Assembly (NCBI GenBank): GCA_951406725.2
Contig: OX597817.1
Location: forward strand, 40,672,001 to 40,736,000
Direction: 5' to 3'
Source of the DNA: Octopus vulgaris
Lineage: Eukaryota
DNA: 64,000 nt
Positions 11,995 through 26,284 of this stretch are shown piece after piece. A program made the position numbers and the translations under genes. The notes under the pieces were generated by a model. That model was not told the origin of the DNA, ran no database searches, and saw only the letters and a program-made list of their open reading frames with translations. The stretch's first letter is position 1. Each line of letters opens with the position of its first letter.

Positions 11995-12350
11995 GCGGTA
12001 TTCGTCCTGTATGTTGTGGGAGAAGTCCGAAACGTGGTCCTTTCCTATTCGTAAGATCCGCAGAAGAGAAAGCAGGTCAACCCCCAACACCGAGAGCATC
12101 GACAGATGGATGAATGTGCATCCAGACTCAACGGATGCGTAGGAAGTAGGGGACAAGAAACAGGAAGAAAGAGTGAGAGAAAGTTGGGGCGAAAGAGTAC
12201 AACGGAGGTCGCCACCACCCCCTGCTGGAGCATTGTGGAGCTTTAGGTGTTTTTGCTCAATAAACACACACAACGCCCGGTCTGGGAATCAAAACAGTGA
12301 TCTTCCGACCGCAAGTCCGCTGCCCTAACCATTGGGCCATTGCACCTCCA
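11995..12350 (-). mobile_element. tRNA-derived SINE (related to 31204-31507)
   Basis: Minus strand ggaggtgcaatggcccaatggttagggcagcggacttgcgg..gttttgattcccagacc, a tRNA-like head. Confidence 0.75.
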
Positions 12351-14964
12351 CTTGCTGGTGCTGTTGTAGCTGTTGGTATTGTTGTCATAGATGCCATTGC
12401 TGCTGCAGTCACCATTGCCATTCTCCACCTCAACTTCATACACTACGCCTTCAGACTCCCTACTAAGCATTGACTCCCTACTGAGCACTCATTGTAAACC
12501 CTGCATGAACACCCTGTCTCTGCTCTTGTATTTTTTTAACACTGAAAAGAGAACCTTAAGTTGTATCTACTAGTCATAACCTGTTGCTATGCTGCCGGGT
12601 AATGACCTCGTCATGATAAAATAGGTCCTTCAGCAGAAGCATAAAATAATAATCACATCAATATGCTCAACAATCAATTTTTTTTTTTTTTAACAAATTT
12701 TAATGCTATCTTTCACACATGACTTATCTCTCTCACTGTATTTCTCTCAACAACAACTTTTTCTCCTCTCTCTCTCTCTCTCTCAACAACAACAACAGCC
12801 TGACATTATAGTGAAAATCTTTGTTTTAAAACCTGTGTTACATTTGTCTATATGTTGAAAGACATACAGAAACACACGCACACAGACTAACCTGCTTCTT
12901 AGAATCCTTCAAGCCTGCAATTAAGAAACTTGTTAGCCTGGGTATCTTACACTATTTGTTCTGGTTGTTTATGTTTTGAACAAGAACATTACAAGACTTG
13001 TAGTGTTGATTAGATGACGAATTCATCTTTATTTTATCAATCTTCATAAAATGAAATGCTAACTCTGACCAAATGTTCCCAATTATCTGTGGATCAACCC
13101 TGATTGAGAAAGTCTATGATCGGCTTGGACAAATACACTATGTCCTTCCTTTTTAAGACAGTAAAATGGCAGGGATTTTTTTTAAAGAGTGATAGCTGCT
13201 ATTTCTAGCAGATTGAAGAGCTGTGTAGAAACTCCTTTTATACATGAGCTGCTCCCATTTTATCTATTTTAAAAGACTATATTAAGTGCTATACAACAAA
13301 TAGTCTTATGTGTTACCACTACTAGCCTAGTAGTAATATTGGTTTGTTCACCTTAAAACAGCTTGCTGTCTAAATAGACATTCAACTTGTTTTATTCACT
13401 TAACAGAAAGATGTGAACAATACACAAAAAAAAAGAAAGATATATTCTAGCTTATTGAGAACAATTCAATGTGCTGAGTTGACAATGACAATCTACCATT
13501 TATCCAATCAACTGATTGGTAAACTAAAGAAAATATATTTAGCCAGGTGTTTAATGAATTGAAAATCATTTGACATTGACCCACATTCAGTAACCTAGAA
13601 ATAAAATCTTATGGTTGTAGATAGCTATCGTTTAAAAGTAGATAAGGTTATGTGTGTAAGCGCTCTAAAATCATGACCCAGAATAGAACTAAATGTTTGA
13701 TTTAGTTGGCTGTACTTCAAGGTTCTGTTCTAGGCCACCCCACAATCATCTATATAATCAAAGTGAAAGCACTACAAACTATATTCATGACAGATATACA
13801 CATACACGCAGAAAGAAAAACCTTGAATGATCAATATATAGATGTTGTATGTTATTGAAACACAGCTGAGATCACATAGTAGCTGATATGATCAGAAAAT
13901 AATGAAATGTTTTAGCTGTAAAGCTGTAAGCTAGTGATTCCCCTGACTTTTTTTTTATTTGCAGTGCAGTTTAAGGTAAATAACAATATTATAGCATACT
14001 TTGTGCATAAGATAATAGAATATTCTAAAGAAAGTTATTTAGGTATAGCAGTATGGTAAGAAGTTTACATACATATATATATGTGCGTGTGTGTGTATGA
14101 CGGGCTTCTTTCAGTTTCCGTCTACCAAATACACTCACAAGACTTTGGTCGGCCTGAGACTATGGTAGAGGACACTTACCCAAGGTGCCACACAGTGGGA
14201 CTGAAACCCAGAACCATGTAGTTGGGAAGCAAGCTTCTTATGACACAGCCACATTCATACATATATATACATAGAAATTACTGTGGGGGGGGGGCGTTTT
14301 GCTCGTAAATATATAAAAATAAAAATAAAACACTAAAAACATTTGTTAGCAAATATTTTTCCTGCTTTTTTCTTTTTTTTTTTTTCTCTCCTGCTATAAA
14401 TAGCTTTTCTTCAATTCCGTGCACTTCCTTAACATGCAGTTGCTGCAGCGTGATTAATAATAGGTGAATGTTGTTTGTGTGAATTGTGTTTGTTATCATG
14501 AAATTTCCAGACCCAATAATTTAAGTTTCATGCTTCGTGGATGAAATACAATACTTTTCCTTGAACACATCACATGTTTGTTCACTGAAATGTTTTGTAG
14601 AGATGGAGTGAGGGGAGGGGATTATGTTTTTGTTTTCTACGTTTTACAGCAAAAGGACAAATCTTTTTCTGTTTGTCTTTCTTGATGAAATGTTGCCATA
14701 CTCTATACATCTTCAGTTTAACTACTTTTATTTTGCTCCTAATTCTCTGTTGTCACTAAAACTATAACCCTTGGAAGTGTGAGCTAACAAGACAGCATTT
14801 CTGTGGCTGTTCAACCTGCTAGAAATAACAGTAAAATCTCCTGCAAATCAAAGCATATTATCAGTTTTATTTTTTAGTTGTTCCAGTCATTAGACTGTGG
14901 TCATGACTGGAAAAACTAAAAGATAAAAGATAAAATGGATTCAGTACAATTACTAGACTGGCAT

Positions 14965-16149
14965 CACTGATTTATAGAGAAACTGAGGCAAACGTAAAAA
15001 TAGTTGTTCTAACCTAATTTTGCAGTGCTGATTTCAGGTACAAAACCAGTTTTCACTCATCACCTCTAGTTTTTGAGGTATACATTATAACGATTTTGTG
15101 ACAATTCACGTTACCATATATATCATAAATTTATATTTTGTTTATATACATCATCAGCGGCGGCGGCATTGTCATTGTTGTTTAACATCTGACTACCATG
15201 CTAGCAGCTTCAGGCACTTCAAAACACTGAAAATGCATCAACAAGGCAAATTCATTCTGCCACATGTGTGGGTATTTCATGACAGTTGCACAGCGCCAAA
15301 TAATTACTTCCCTCCTGAGAACTGTTTACTTTGATTATTTTGACTGTAAAATTGGAGATCAGGACAAATCCTGGGCCCCACACATCTGTTGTAAACCCTG
15401 CTACAATGGACTAACTCGTAGTTTAATGGCAAAAAAGCAGCCTTTAACTTTGCTGTCCCGATGGGCTGGAGAGAACTACAAAGCCATGTAGATGCTTACT
15501 ATTTTTAGATCAAATAATCCAATCTTCCCTCTACTATGTGACCTGTTCCCTACTCAAATGATCTCCTTGTCCCAACTCCCCAGCAAATAAGGATCTTCTT
15601 CATCAGATGAAGAAATGCCTTCAGGGAAAGATTCTGCCAAGTCGATCTCTTCTGAAGACAATGTCTCTGTTTATTCAGGAGCAAGTGGAAGTGAGTCCTA
15701 TTGGATCATGTAGGAAATCCTGAATGACTTTGCCTATGATTTGTATCTAAGCAGCAGTCAGAGCTCCTGGCATCTTGGCTTAAGCAGTGGAACCTGGTCA
15801 AGATAGATGTAATGATTACCAGTTTCAGGACATAGAACCAAGACTTTGCTTCATTCTTTGACATAGAAAACAGGTTGTGCTACTGCACAAATGTCTCAGG
15901 TTTGTTCACCTTTCTTGGTTTCCCACACAATACCCCAGACTGACATCTTATCATAGACTCTTCCAAGCGAAGTCTGAAGGTTGTGCTCCTGCACAATGGG
16001 AATGATGATGATGATATAATTAAAATGGGATATGTGAAAGCAAAAAAAAAAACTAGAGGTGAAAGGGAAAAACTGTTCAGAATTAGTAAGAAAAAAACAC
16101 CTATTCATATCCTTGTCTCAGAGCAAAACAAAATTTTCATGAACCAGTG
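14965..16149 (+). mobile_element. Internally deleted, decayed Chapaev3-like (CMC) DNA transposon
   Basis: CACTG...CAGTG termini. Transposase remnants YFDCKIGDQDKSWAPHICCKPC, KQWNLV and LIIDSSKRSLKVVLLHNGN match my recollection of Chapaev3 transposases. Confidence 0.65.
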
Positions 16150-17044
16150 TATTTAGAACTTATCTTTAAAAAAAATCATGATGCAATGTTTTACTTTAAA
16201 CTAAAAACACTCCTTTGATACCATTCAGCATGAGGCTGCTCCTAATTCTAAGATATAAACTTTCTGTTTTAAACTGACCTAAATAAATATTAAATATTTA
16301 AATATTTATTATTAAATATTCAGCAACACTAAAGATACTTTCCTCATCCATTGAGCTATTACATGGTGTTAAATTCCATCCTACCACTTATCTAAATATT
16401 TTGTCCTGGATTTTTAATAATATTACTCCAAGATCCTCTATAAACTTATTGTTTTCGTTGTACGAGGTTAAATATTATATTACAAATGAAGTAACTGTTT
16501 TCATTATTGAATATATCTCTCCCACTTTCTCCCTCCCTCTCTCTTTCACTTTCTCTCTATTCCCCCTCTCTCTCCCTTTCCCTACCTCTTTTACTCCCTC
16601 TCCCTTTGTAAAGAGAAATTTTCCTGTTTACTATGTTTTCCACTCACCATTTAAAATACTTTTCATTTCCATTATCACTTCTGAATAGCTATGTCCGTCA
16701 CACATCCACTATGTAAGTTTATAAACAAAACATTTTTGATATTCTCTAAGTAGTCATTGAGTTTATTTTCATTTACATGTTTTTTTTTCTGCTGTTTTAC
16801 GAGAGCTCAAAATTTCATTTCTTAAGAACATATCTTAGAATTAATATTGCATATTCTCGAGGCATCTTACAGAAAACTTTTGTTTTCTAGTAGTAGAAAG
16901 AAACTCTAGAGAAAGCTAAACAGCAGATTTTCAAAACAGAAGCACCCCTCATGCAAGTGTTTTGGCCTTTACCTGCTTACATTTGTAGGGTATTGAGCCT
17001 TATCCAAGTCATGACTCTTGGATACCCATCTGTTACAACATATT

Positions 17045-17685
17045 TATTTCTTTATTGCCTACAAGGGGCTAAACATAAAGGAGACAAACAAAGATAGACA
17101 AAGGGATTACATCGACCCCAGTGCACAATTGGTACTTATTTAATCAACCCTGAAATCAAAATCAAAATCGATCAACATCAATGGAATATATAGTTGTGAT
17201 ACCAGTGCCTGTGGCACGTAAGAGAACCATGTAGCCAGCACCGCGTCGACTGGCCTCCATGCCGGTGGCACGTAACAAACACCATCCGATCATGGCCATT
17301 ACCAGCCTTGCCTGGCCTCCATGCCGGTGGCATGTAAAATGCACCATCCGAGTGTGGCCGTTTGTCAGCCTCGTTTGGCACCTGTTTCGGTGGCACGTAA
17401 AAAGCACCCACTACACTCAAGGAGTGGTTGGCATTAGGAAGGGCATCCAGCTGCCAGATCTGACTGGGCCTGGTGCAGCCTTCGGGCTTCCCAGACCCCA
17501 GCTGAACCGTCCAACCCATGCTAGCATGGAAAGCGGACGTTAAACGATGCTGCTGCTGCTGCTGATGATGAAAGGATGAAGGGCAAAGTCGACCTCAGCG
17601 GAATTTGAAGTCAGAACGTAGTGGCAGATGAAATACCGCTAAGCATTTCATCCGGTGTGCTAACGATTCTGCCAGCTTGCCACAT
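17045..17685 (-). mobile_element. SINE family B (Meta-domain-like) interrupted by an RTE 3' fragment (17156-17570, +)
   Basis: Reverse complement of 63637-63870, split at tgaaa (17151-17155 / 17569-17573, putative TSD). Confidence 0.8.
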
Positions 17686-17809
17686 TACAACATACTGTGC
17701 CATTGTCTGCATTGCAACCCTCATGAATTGTTGAGGTGCCACGGACGTAAGGTACTTTCAGTGTTGTAACCAGTTCAACCAGTTGACTATAGGGTAAATC
17801 ATGCTTTTC

Positions 17810-19055
17810 AAAATTCAATTCCCTCCTTGACCAGATCTTGCTGGAATTCTTTTCAGCTTCTGCCATTGCCTTAAGAGCTGTAGTTCTCTTTCATCCAGAA
17901 ATTTAGTTACTTCATCACTGCTGCTGATGTCATGTAAAAAGCATTGGTGTTGATGCCACATAAAAAGCATCCAGTACACTCTGTTATGTGGCTGGCATTA
18001 GGAAGTGCATCCAAGCATAGAAAACATGCCAAAACAGACAATGGAGCCTGGTGTGGTTCCCACCCAGCCTTACCACCTCCTGTCAAACCGTCCAGTATGG
18101 AATGTGGACTTTAAATGATGATGATGATGCTGATGATTTTCCCAGGAACATTCTGACACCCACTTCTATCATGGGGACTTTAGTTTGAAAGCAAATTTCT
18201 CTCAGTCTAAAAACTAAGCTAACTTTCATATTTTTGGTCTTGCAGGTGTGGAATTCCTCTATTCAGCCTTCATCTGGCACAGTGAGTTCAACCAAAATAA
18301 CTTGTTTTGATGAAAATATGATGAGTATAGTGTCCGGTCTCATATCATTGTTGTTGATAATGTCTAAATAATTCTCCCACTCTGGAAGATGTTTTGTGCA
18401 CTCCCAGTCATCCACTCCATCCAGTAGACTCAGCACTGGATTAATCCATTAAATAAAATAAGCGTGTGCTTAGGGCATCAAAGGACAGGAGCAGCACAGA
18501 AATGGTAAATGGTTTACTACACAAAAGAAATCGCTTTAAACTCGCTAAAATAATATTCGTAATGCCTTATCTCTACTAAGCATAGAAGCAGAAGTTTTAC
18601 ATAAAATTAATTTTCATATCATCAAACGCTTTGCAATTAAAAAAAAAACGAAGGAGAAAACTTTTCAAATATAAATCGTGGAAGCATACAAAAATAAACA
18701 TTATTTTCCATCTTACTGTTAGCTTTGTTTCATTTTGAAGAATAAAAATTTATTTTATGGTTAATTATCGTTTAGATTTTGAATTATTTTTGTTTACATT
18801 TTGAACCATTTACATATACTTCAGGGCACCAAAACCTTTTAAGAGCTTAGGGCCTCTATGGGTCTTAATCCAGCCTTAAGTTCACTCCACTTCTATGATT
18901 CAGTCAGTACAGTTGTTCCAGGCCACAATTTTTACCTCCCTGCTGTGTAGAAAAATGTTGGCATCTCTGGTGTTGCAGTCTCCTCTCTCAGAGCAAATAT
19001 CACATGCAAGAACTCTTTAAGCACTTGATTCTGTCACCATATGCACCTTCCCTTC
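17810..19055 (-). pseudogene. HERO/NeSL-like RLE non-LTR retrotransposon 3' remnant with nested insertions
   Basis: Minus-strand pieces GRCIW*QNQVL, MRPDTILIIFSSKQVILVELTVPDEG, IEVGVRMFLG, AMAEAEKNSSKIWSRR. Confidence 0.7.
18431..18877. mobile_element. hAT-like non-autonomous DNA transposon
   Basis: Degenerate TIRs cagcactggattaa / ttaatccagcct with subterminal gcttagggc repeats; interrupts the RLE remnant. Confidence 0.5.
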
Positions 19056-19151
19056 ATGAAGTTATGTGTTCAATTCCTGAACTGGGCAGCATGTTGTGTC
19101 CTTGAACAAAACATTTCATTTTACCTTAATCCTGACTATTCAACCACATTT

Positions 19152-19407
19152 ATTCACGCTAAGAGTTACTGAAGCATGGAACAAATTGCCAGCATCAGTT
19201 GTTAGTTATCAGAGCACTGCATCCTTCAAAACTTCCATGCTTCCTGAGATTTGCCAACACTACACCTGATTTTCTCCCTTCCATACACATACAAGCATGT
19301 ATCTGACTCATACGCTGTTCACTTCCCAGGCATCTGTACATCACTGCATATGCTTTATACGCACTTTTGACAAGTTGTGGTGCACCTGAGCACTGTATAC
19401 AATAATT

Positions 19408-19472
<65 letters not shown>

Positions 19473-19478
19473 ATTATA
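19152..19478 (+). mobile_element. CR1/L2-type LINE 3' end with (TTA)n tail
   Basis: TLRVTEAWNKLPASVVSYQSTASFKTSM..* then a short UTR and ATT repeat. Confidence 0.7.
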
Positions 19479-20266
19479 TTAAGCACCAGTCGGATACTGG
19501 TGCAGCCTTCTCTTCTTTCAGATATTACATGCCTGCAGATCCACTTGGTCAAGAACAAAATGGGAACAAAAGGGATATCTGTGTCTGTCTATGACTACAT
19601 TGTCACCTAAAACATTTAACAAAAGCATAGTACGTGTTATCAGGCCATAACTCCTCCTTGTTGACCACTGGTGTTATCGTATTTTATTGTCCAAAGTGGC
19701 TTCTTTTCTCAAAAGTGCGGATGGGCTATGCGGTTAAGAGGCTTGCTTCCCAGCCATGAATTCAGTTCCCCTGCCTCGCATCAAGTGTCATCTACTACAA
19801 CCCTGGGCAGACCAAAGGTTTGCGAGTGGATTTTGTAGACAGAAACTGAAAGATGCCCATTGTGTGTATGTGTGTGTTTGTATCTTTTATATTTTATCTT
19901 TTACTTGTTTCAGTCACTAGAGAGTGGCTATGCTGGGGCACCAACTTGATGGACTTTAGTCGAATGAATTGACCCCTGCAGCTTTTTTCTTTAAAGCCTG
20001 GTACTTATTTCTATCGGTCACTTTTGTTGAACTGCTAAGTTACGGGGAAGTAAGTACACCAACACTGGTTTTCAAGAGGTGATGGGGGAAAAAAATGGAC
20101 ACAAAGATACACATACATACATGTACACATATATATATGATAGGCTTCTTTCAGTTTCCATCTACAAAATCTTCTCACACAGCTCTGGATGTCCTGAGGC
20201 TAAAGTAGAAGGTGCCATGCAGTAGAACTGAATTTGGCACCATGTGGTTGGGAAGCAAACTTCTTA

Positions 20267-20556
20267 GATAGATAGATGGATGGATGGATAGGTAGGCAGG
20301 CAGACAGGTAGGTAGGTAGGTTTGTAGGCAGGTAGGAAGGCAGGCAGGTAGGTAGGTAGGTAGGCTGATAGGTGGGTAGGTAGGTAGATAGACAGATAGA
20401 TAGACAGACAGACAGACAGGTAGATAGATAGATAGATAGATAGATACATTGATAAATAGATAGATAAATAAATTGATAGATAGATTGATAGATAAATAGA
20501 TGGATAGATAAATAGATAAATAGATGGATAGATAGATAGATAGATTGATAGAAAGG

Positions 20557-20590
<34 letters not shown>

Positions 20591-20610
20591 TAGATAGATA
20601 GATAGATACA
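20267..20610. repeat. Compound GATA/GGTA/GACA/TA microsatellite
   Basis: Direct inspection. Confidence 0.9.
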
Positions 20611-22025
20611 TGTCTATATGTGCACACACACATCTATACCAATACATGTACACAAATATTTACATGCAAGTGTAAAACGCTTTTGATTATAGATCTGTTA
20701 AATCAAGTGTGACCTAAGGCTAAATAAACGTTATTCTTGGTTATACTCAAGAACAGCGTTGAAGTCAGAACAGCAAACCAACCTAATTCTCATTAATTTT
20801 ACAGTACAAGTTACTACTGTACAGAATTGTGAGCTCTACCGTCTAGTTGTAGTAGCTGCTAATAGCTATATGGAATTTATTATTGAGAATTAAGATGTTG
20901 TACAGGGTCGGAAATTAAGCTTTTCACTATTTCATGTGTAACCTGTAAGAAGGCTCTACTCAGTTGGCTAGAAATAGCAACTAAATAATCCTCAAATATC
21001 AGTGTGAAGTCTTATAAAAGAGGAGATACATGGGTTGACAATGTAGTCCCAAATATGCAGACAGATGGAATAATCATGGCTGGAGTACATTTCGTAGTTG
21101 TTTGAATTGTTAGTCTTGTAGTGTTTTCTGATTAAAGAAGCCTAAAAAGAAACCAGCTATGACCATTCTATTTATTTTTTGTATGTTAAGAAAGCATTAT
21201 TTTTTTAAAGATTTTATATCTCAGACATCATTGTCCAATATGTCCTTCTTTTGTAAGACATCAGGGTGTTTTTTGAGGGAGAACTGGCTGCTAATTCTAG
21301 CAAATTTAGTAACCATGATCACCTTGGCGGAATTTGAACTCAGAACATAATGGCAGACGAAATATGGCTAGGCATTTCACCCAGCATGCTAACGTTTCTG
21401 CCAGCTTGCCGCCTTGTCACTATATTTCATTAGAAATGTCATTGTAAAGAAGTTAATGAACAAGTTTATGCACAATACTTGTATAGATTCTTGTTGGTTC
21501 ATGTAATAGAAACAGCAATAAACCTCTATTTTCTTGACATGAAATAGAGAGAGAAAAGTTCAATTCTAAACTGTCTACAGTTTGTAATTTATTACTAGAA
21601 GATGGTTTTATTTTAGTATATATATATTTGGTTCATTTCTATGTTGTGACAGATTTTATTATGTTTAAGAAATAAATTTTATAGATCCAGAACAATAAAT
21701 AAAACAAACCTGTTTGTTCACAGGGAAAAGCTATGTTTTGTATATAGAACACAATAAAATATTGGTTTGAAGCTGATCAAAAATATGCAAAAAACAAATT
21801 ACAGCTTTTGGGTTTGCTGGACTATAGACTATTTAGCATTTAAACCATAACTGGCCCAACTATTCTATATGTTTTATACTAAAATTGACCAGATCCAACC
21901 TCTCACACCTACTCTGCAATGACAAACTAAAAATATACAATCACATCATTGGAATATTGAAGCTACAAAATAATGCATGATCGATTCAAAACAATGTAAA
22001 TAAGTAAGCATTACATTTGACAAAG

Positions 22026-22426
22026 GTGCATGGCTCAGTGGTTAGAGCATCGAGCTTACAATCATGAGGTTGTGAGCTCGAATCCCAGACCAGGCTGTGT
22101 GTTATGTTCTTGAGCAAGACACTTTATTTCACATTGCTCCAATTCACTCAGCTGTAGAAATGAGTTGTGACATCACAGGTGCCAAGCTGTATCAGCCTTC
22201 GCCTTTCCTTTGGAAAACACTGGTGGCGTGGAGAGGAGAGGCTGGTATGCATGGGCAACTGCTGGCCTTTCCCTTGGATATAACACTGGTGGCATGGAGA
22301 GGGGAGACCAGTATGTATGGGTGACTGCTGGCCTTTCATAAACAACCTTGCCCGGACTTGTGCCTGGGAGGGTAACTTTCTAGGTGCAATCCCATGGTCT
22401 GTGTCGTGACTGAAGGGGGTCTCAGG
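22026..22426 (+). mobile_element. tRNA-derived SINE family C inserted in a piggyBac-like MITE (about 21832-22461)
   Basis: Head ggtgcatggctcagtggttagagc; 12 bp TSD catttgacaaag at 22014-22025 and 22427-22438; internal duplication of about 60 bp. Confidence 0.85.
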
Positions 22427-23517
22427 CATTTGACAAAGTAATCTGAATGCTAAAGGATTAAATAGCCATTGTTATGAATAGTTGTTTATCATTCAAGACA
22501 ATATACTTTGGTTTAAATAATTAGCTTCTCTCAATAAATTGGATCGATTCAAGTTTATGTGGTGGGAAAGCTGAAACGGTAAATGAAAGAGTGCCAGGCT
22601 AAATACCTTTTATTCTAAGTTCAAATCCGTTCAAAAATAACTTTGTTTTCGTTTCTGCAAAAACAGGAAACTACTGCAAAAAATGCCTTTCATGCTGGCA
22701 TGGGTTGGGTACTTTGACATTAGGTGGCAAGCTGGAGAACTGCACCAAGCATCACAGTCTGTTTCGGCATGGTTTTTATGGCTGGATGCCCTTCCTAATG
22801 ACAGCATATATGTATATACACTCATACATGCACGTATACATCATGTGCATTTATCTACCATATGCCTGGCATGCTTTCTATCCTTTACCTTTCCTGGTTT
22901 TCGGTAGTTGCTAAACCAACAGCTTAAGATAGCTCATCAATAACATTTTCCATGTTAACCTTCTGCTAGGCTTGAAGGAATCAAATGGATTTAGGTTTAA
23001 GAAAGTATTACTTCAAATAATAAATCATACTCACACACACGTGCGTGCACACACACACACATGTGTGTACATATATATGTGGATTAGATTAGACAAGCTT
23101 CATAGAATAGCCTGTCTGTTCTCTCCTTGATAATTCACTGAGTGAAGTAATACTTTCTTAAGTCTAAATCTATTTGATTGCTTCAGGCCTAGCAGATGGT
23201 TAACATTGTAAATGAGATATATCACTGAGGTGTCTTAGGCCTTTTATTTAACAATAACTCAAAACTAGTAAAGGAAGAGTTAGAAAGCATGCTATGTGTC
23301 TGCCAGATAAATGCACATGGTATATATGTACACGCATACACACACACACATATACATCCATAAAAAGTATCTGTCTATTTAACAGCAATGCATATGAACA
23401 CTATTATATACTAGAAGATGATCCATGAGCCCAACAAGTGAACTTCTACATGGTTACTCAAACTGCTAGAAATAGCAGCCAAATTTAGACAAATTACATC
23501 GTACCTTTATTTAAAAA

Positions 23518-23770
23518 CGCCAGTGGCATGTAAAAAGCACCAACCGATCGTGGCCGTTTGCCAGCCTCCCCTGGCACCTGTGCCGGTGGCATGTAAAAAG
23601 CACCCACCACACTCACGGAGTGGTCGGTGTTAGGAAGGGCATCCAGCTGTAGAAACACTGCCAGATCAGACTGGAGCCTGGTGCAGCCTCCTGGCTTCCC
23701 AGACCCTGGTCGAACCATCTAACCCGTGCTAGCACGGAAAACGGACGTTAAACGATGATGATGATGATGA
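23518..23770 (+). mobile_element. RTE 3' UTR fragment
   Basis: Same 3' UTR and GAT tail; terminal palindrome variant ccgtgctagcacgg. Confidence 0.85.
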
Positions 23771-24735
23771 AAATATGGAAGTATCGTTAGTATACCAATG
23801 AAATTGCCTGACAGTATTTCATCTGTCTTTATGTTTTGAGTTCAAATTCTGCCATGGTCAACTTTGCCTCTCATGAAATAAGTACCTTTTGAACACTGGG
23901 GGTCAACTTACACCCTCCCCTCGAAATTTCTGGCCTTATGTCAAAATTGGCAAAACCAATATTGGAACTAATTAGGCCAGTGAATAAAGAAAATTGGTAG
24001 GGTGGTGGGAAAAGAATGCCCTATTATATTTTGTTATGCCTCTTTATGTGATTTTAAATCCCAACAAGGTCCACTTTTTCATTCAACCTTCAGGATCAAT
24101 GAAATAAATATCAGTCACGCCTTGGATCAACATAATTGAAGATACCACTCCATGACCTAATTTGAGGTATTGTGCCTTTGTTAGAAATCAATACAAGGTT
24201 CAATTAGCCTCAAAAATACAAGTAAATAAATGTCTTCATATCAATAATTTGGTGAAGGTGTACGAAATCAGTAAAATCTAGGATTAAATCCAAGATCTCT
24301 CTCTCTCTCTCTCTCTCTCTCTTGCTCTATCTCTGTCTCTCACACACTGTCTCTCTCTCTCTCTCTGCAGTTGAGCATTGGTGATATTAGATGTAGGTGA
24401 GATGGCTGAATAAATGGTTATCACATCATCATCTTTATCATCACCACCACCACCACCATTGTCATTGTCGTTGTCGTCGTCGTCGTCGTCATTTAACATC
24501 TGTCTTCCCTGCTTGCATTTTGGGTGAAAATCTGCAGGCTGGTGGAGAATGTTTTAGTAAGGATAGATAAAAAAGAATTAGAAATATGTGATGATACCAT
24601 ACGGGATCAGGGACACAAGCTTAAGCCATACCACAAGCACTGAACTACAGTATTTAGTGGCATAAAAGATTCACAGCATATCAGATGCGCCTCAGTTTCA
24701 GCAGCACATGTTCAGGAAAAAAAGATCATAGGGTT

Positions 24736-24828
24736 TCAGCTCTTATGGGCAGTCCACCTTTGCATATAGGTATCCAGTGGGGTTTTCTTGAGACACTTTT
24801 TTGGAACAGTATAATGCATTTTATTTAC
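24736..24828 (-). CDS. Candidate terminal exon of a minus-strand transcript
   Basis: Acceptor ttttctatatttgtag; frame 0 reads VNKMHYTVPKKCLKKTPLDTYMQRWTAHKS*. Confidence 0.25.
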   Translation of the reverse strand, partial: VNKMHYTVPKKCLKKTPLDTYMQRWTAHKS

Positions 24829-24932
24829 CTACAAATATAGAAAATACAATGAAATGTTCAATTCAGAATGCTAGCTTTCCAACAAGCTCTCTGTTGTCTG
24901 GCTTTAATTTCCTGTGGTTCTGATCCACTTAG

Positions 24933-26206
24933 AATCATTAATATTGAGGCAGCACAAGAACATTTGTCATGCATGTCATGCAGCTGCATGACATGCTAGA
25001 AATAACAGCCAAATCTCTCTCAAATCATACATTATCTTTTAAAATTAAAAGAAATTGGAACCACTGCTTCTTTACATTGAGAAGTCACACCTTGAATACT
25101 ATGGCACCCCATCGGTTACAGTGAAGAGGATTCCAGTTGACCTGATCAATGGAACAGCCTTCTCATGGAATCAATATACAAGTGGCTGAGCACTCCACAG
25201 ACATGCTTACCCTGAACATAGTTCTGAGGGGGATTCGGTATGACACAGAATGCAACAAGGCAGGCACTTTGAAATACAGGTATTACTCATTCTTGCCGGC
25301 TGAGTGAACTGGGGCCGCATGAAATAAAGTGTCTTGCTCAAGGACACAATGCGCTGCCAGGAATTGAACTCATAACCTTACAACTGTGATCCAAATACTT
25401 TAACCACTAAAACATACACCTTTGCAGTACTATGGACATGTGGTCAGAACCTCTCAGGAAAGGATCCAAGACAGATTCTTTAAGCTGAGACAATGAGCAG
25501 GAGATCTACGTAGGAATAGATCAAGAGCAAAATGGTCGGATAATATCCATAGACTCAGTTGGTTGTGCTTAGGAATCCAGCTGGAAAGTGTGATGTCAGA
25601 CACTTCTGACAGGACCCTATGGAAGAGGTGCTTGAGGACTCTAACCCCCCCCCCTGCGACCCTTCCAGAAATAGCAAGTAGGTGGGGGCAATAATGGATG
25701 GATGGATTGAAAACAGGATAATTGTTGTCATAGGGACACTGAAAATAATATTTTCAACTCTAGGCAAAAGGCCTGAAATTTTTGAGGTAAGGGAGCCAGT
25801 TGATTAGATTGACCCCAGTATGCAACAGCTATTAATTTATCAACCCCAAAAGGATGAAAGGCAAAGTTGACCTCGGTGGAATTTGAACTCAGAATGTAAA
25901 GATAGATGAAATACCGCTAAGCATTTCGCCCAACGTACTTATGTTTCTGCCAGCTCATTGCTTTGATGCACTGAAAATAATAAGACAAGATGGTCATGGC
26001 TAAAATGCTTTTGATGATAGGTCTGTTCAACCAAGGCTAACCTGGGGCTAAACAACAACATAGGCACAGGAGTGGCTGTGTGGTAAGTAGCTTGCTTACC
26101 AACACATCGTTCTGGGTTCAGTCCCACTGCAGAGCACCTTGGGCAAGAGTCTTCTACTATAGCCTCGGCCCGACCAAGGCCTTGTGAGTGGATTTGGTGA
26201 ACTGTC

Positions 26207-26284
<78 letters not shown>

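Noticed and set aside
11652-12500. Overlapping Ala/Thr/Ser/Asn-rich ORFs
   Set aside because: Degenerate CAG/CAA microsatellite interrupted by a SINE; no convincing splice sites.
20175-20653. 152 aa and 129 aa ORFs
   Set aside because: Translations of GATA/GGTA microsatellites; the same applies to the poly-I, poly-L, YI and HT ORFs elsewhere.
22026-22100. tRNA genes
   Set aside because: All tRNA-like segments are SINE heads continuing into shared bodies, some with TSDs; no standalone cloverleaf was seen.
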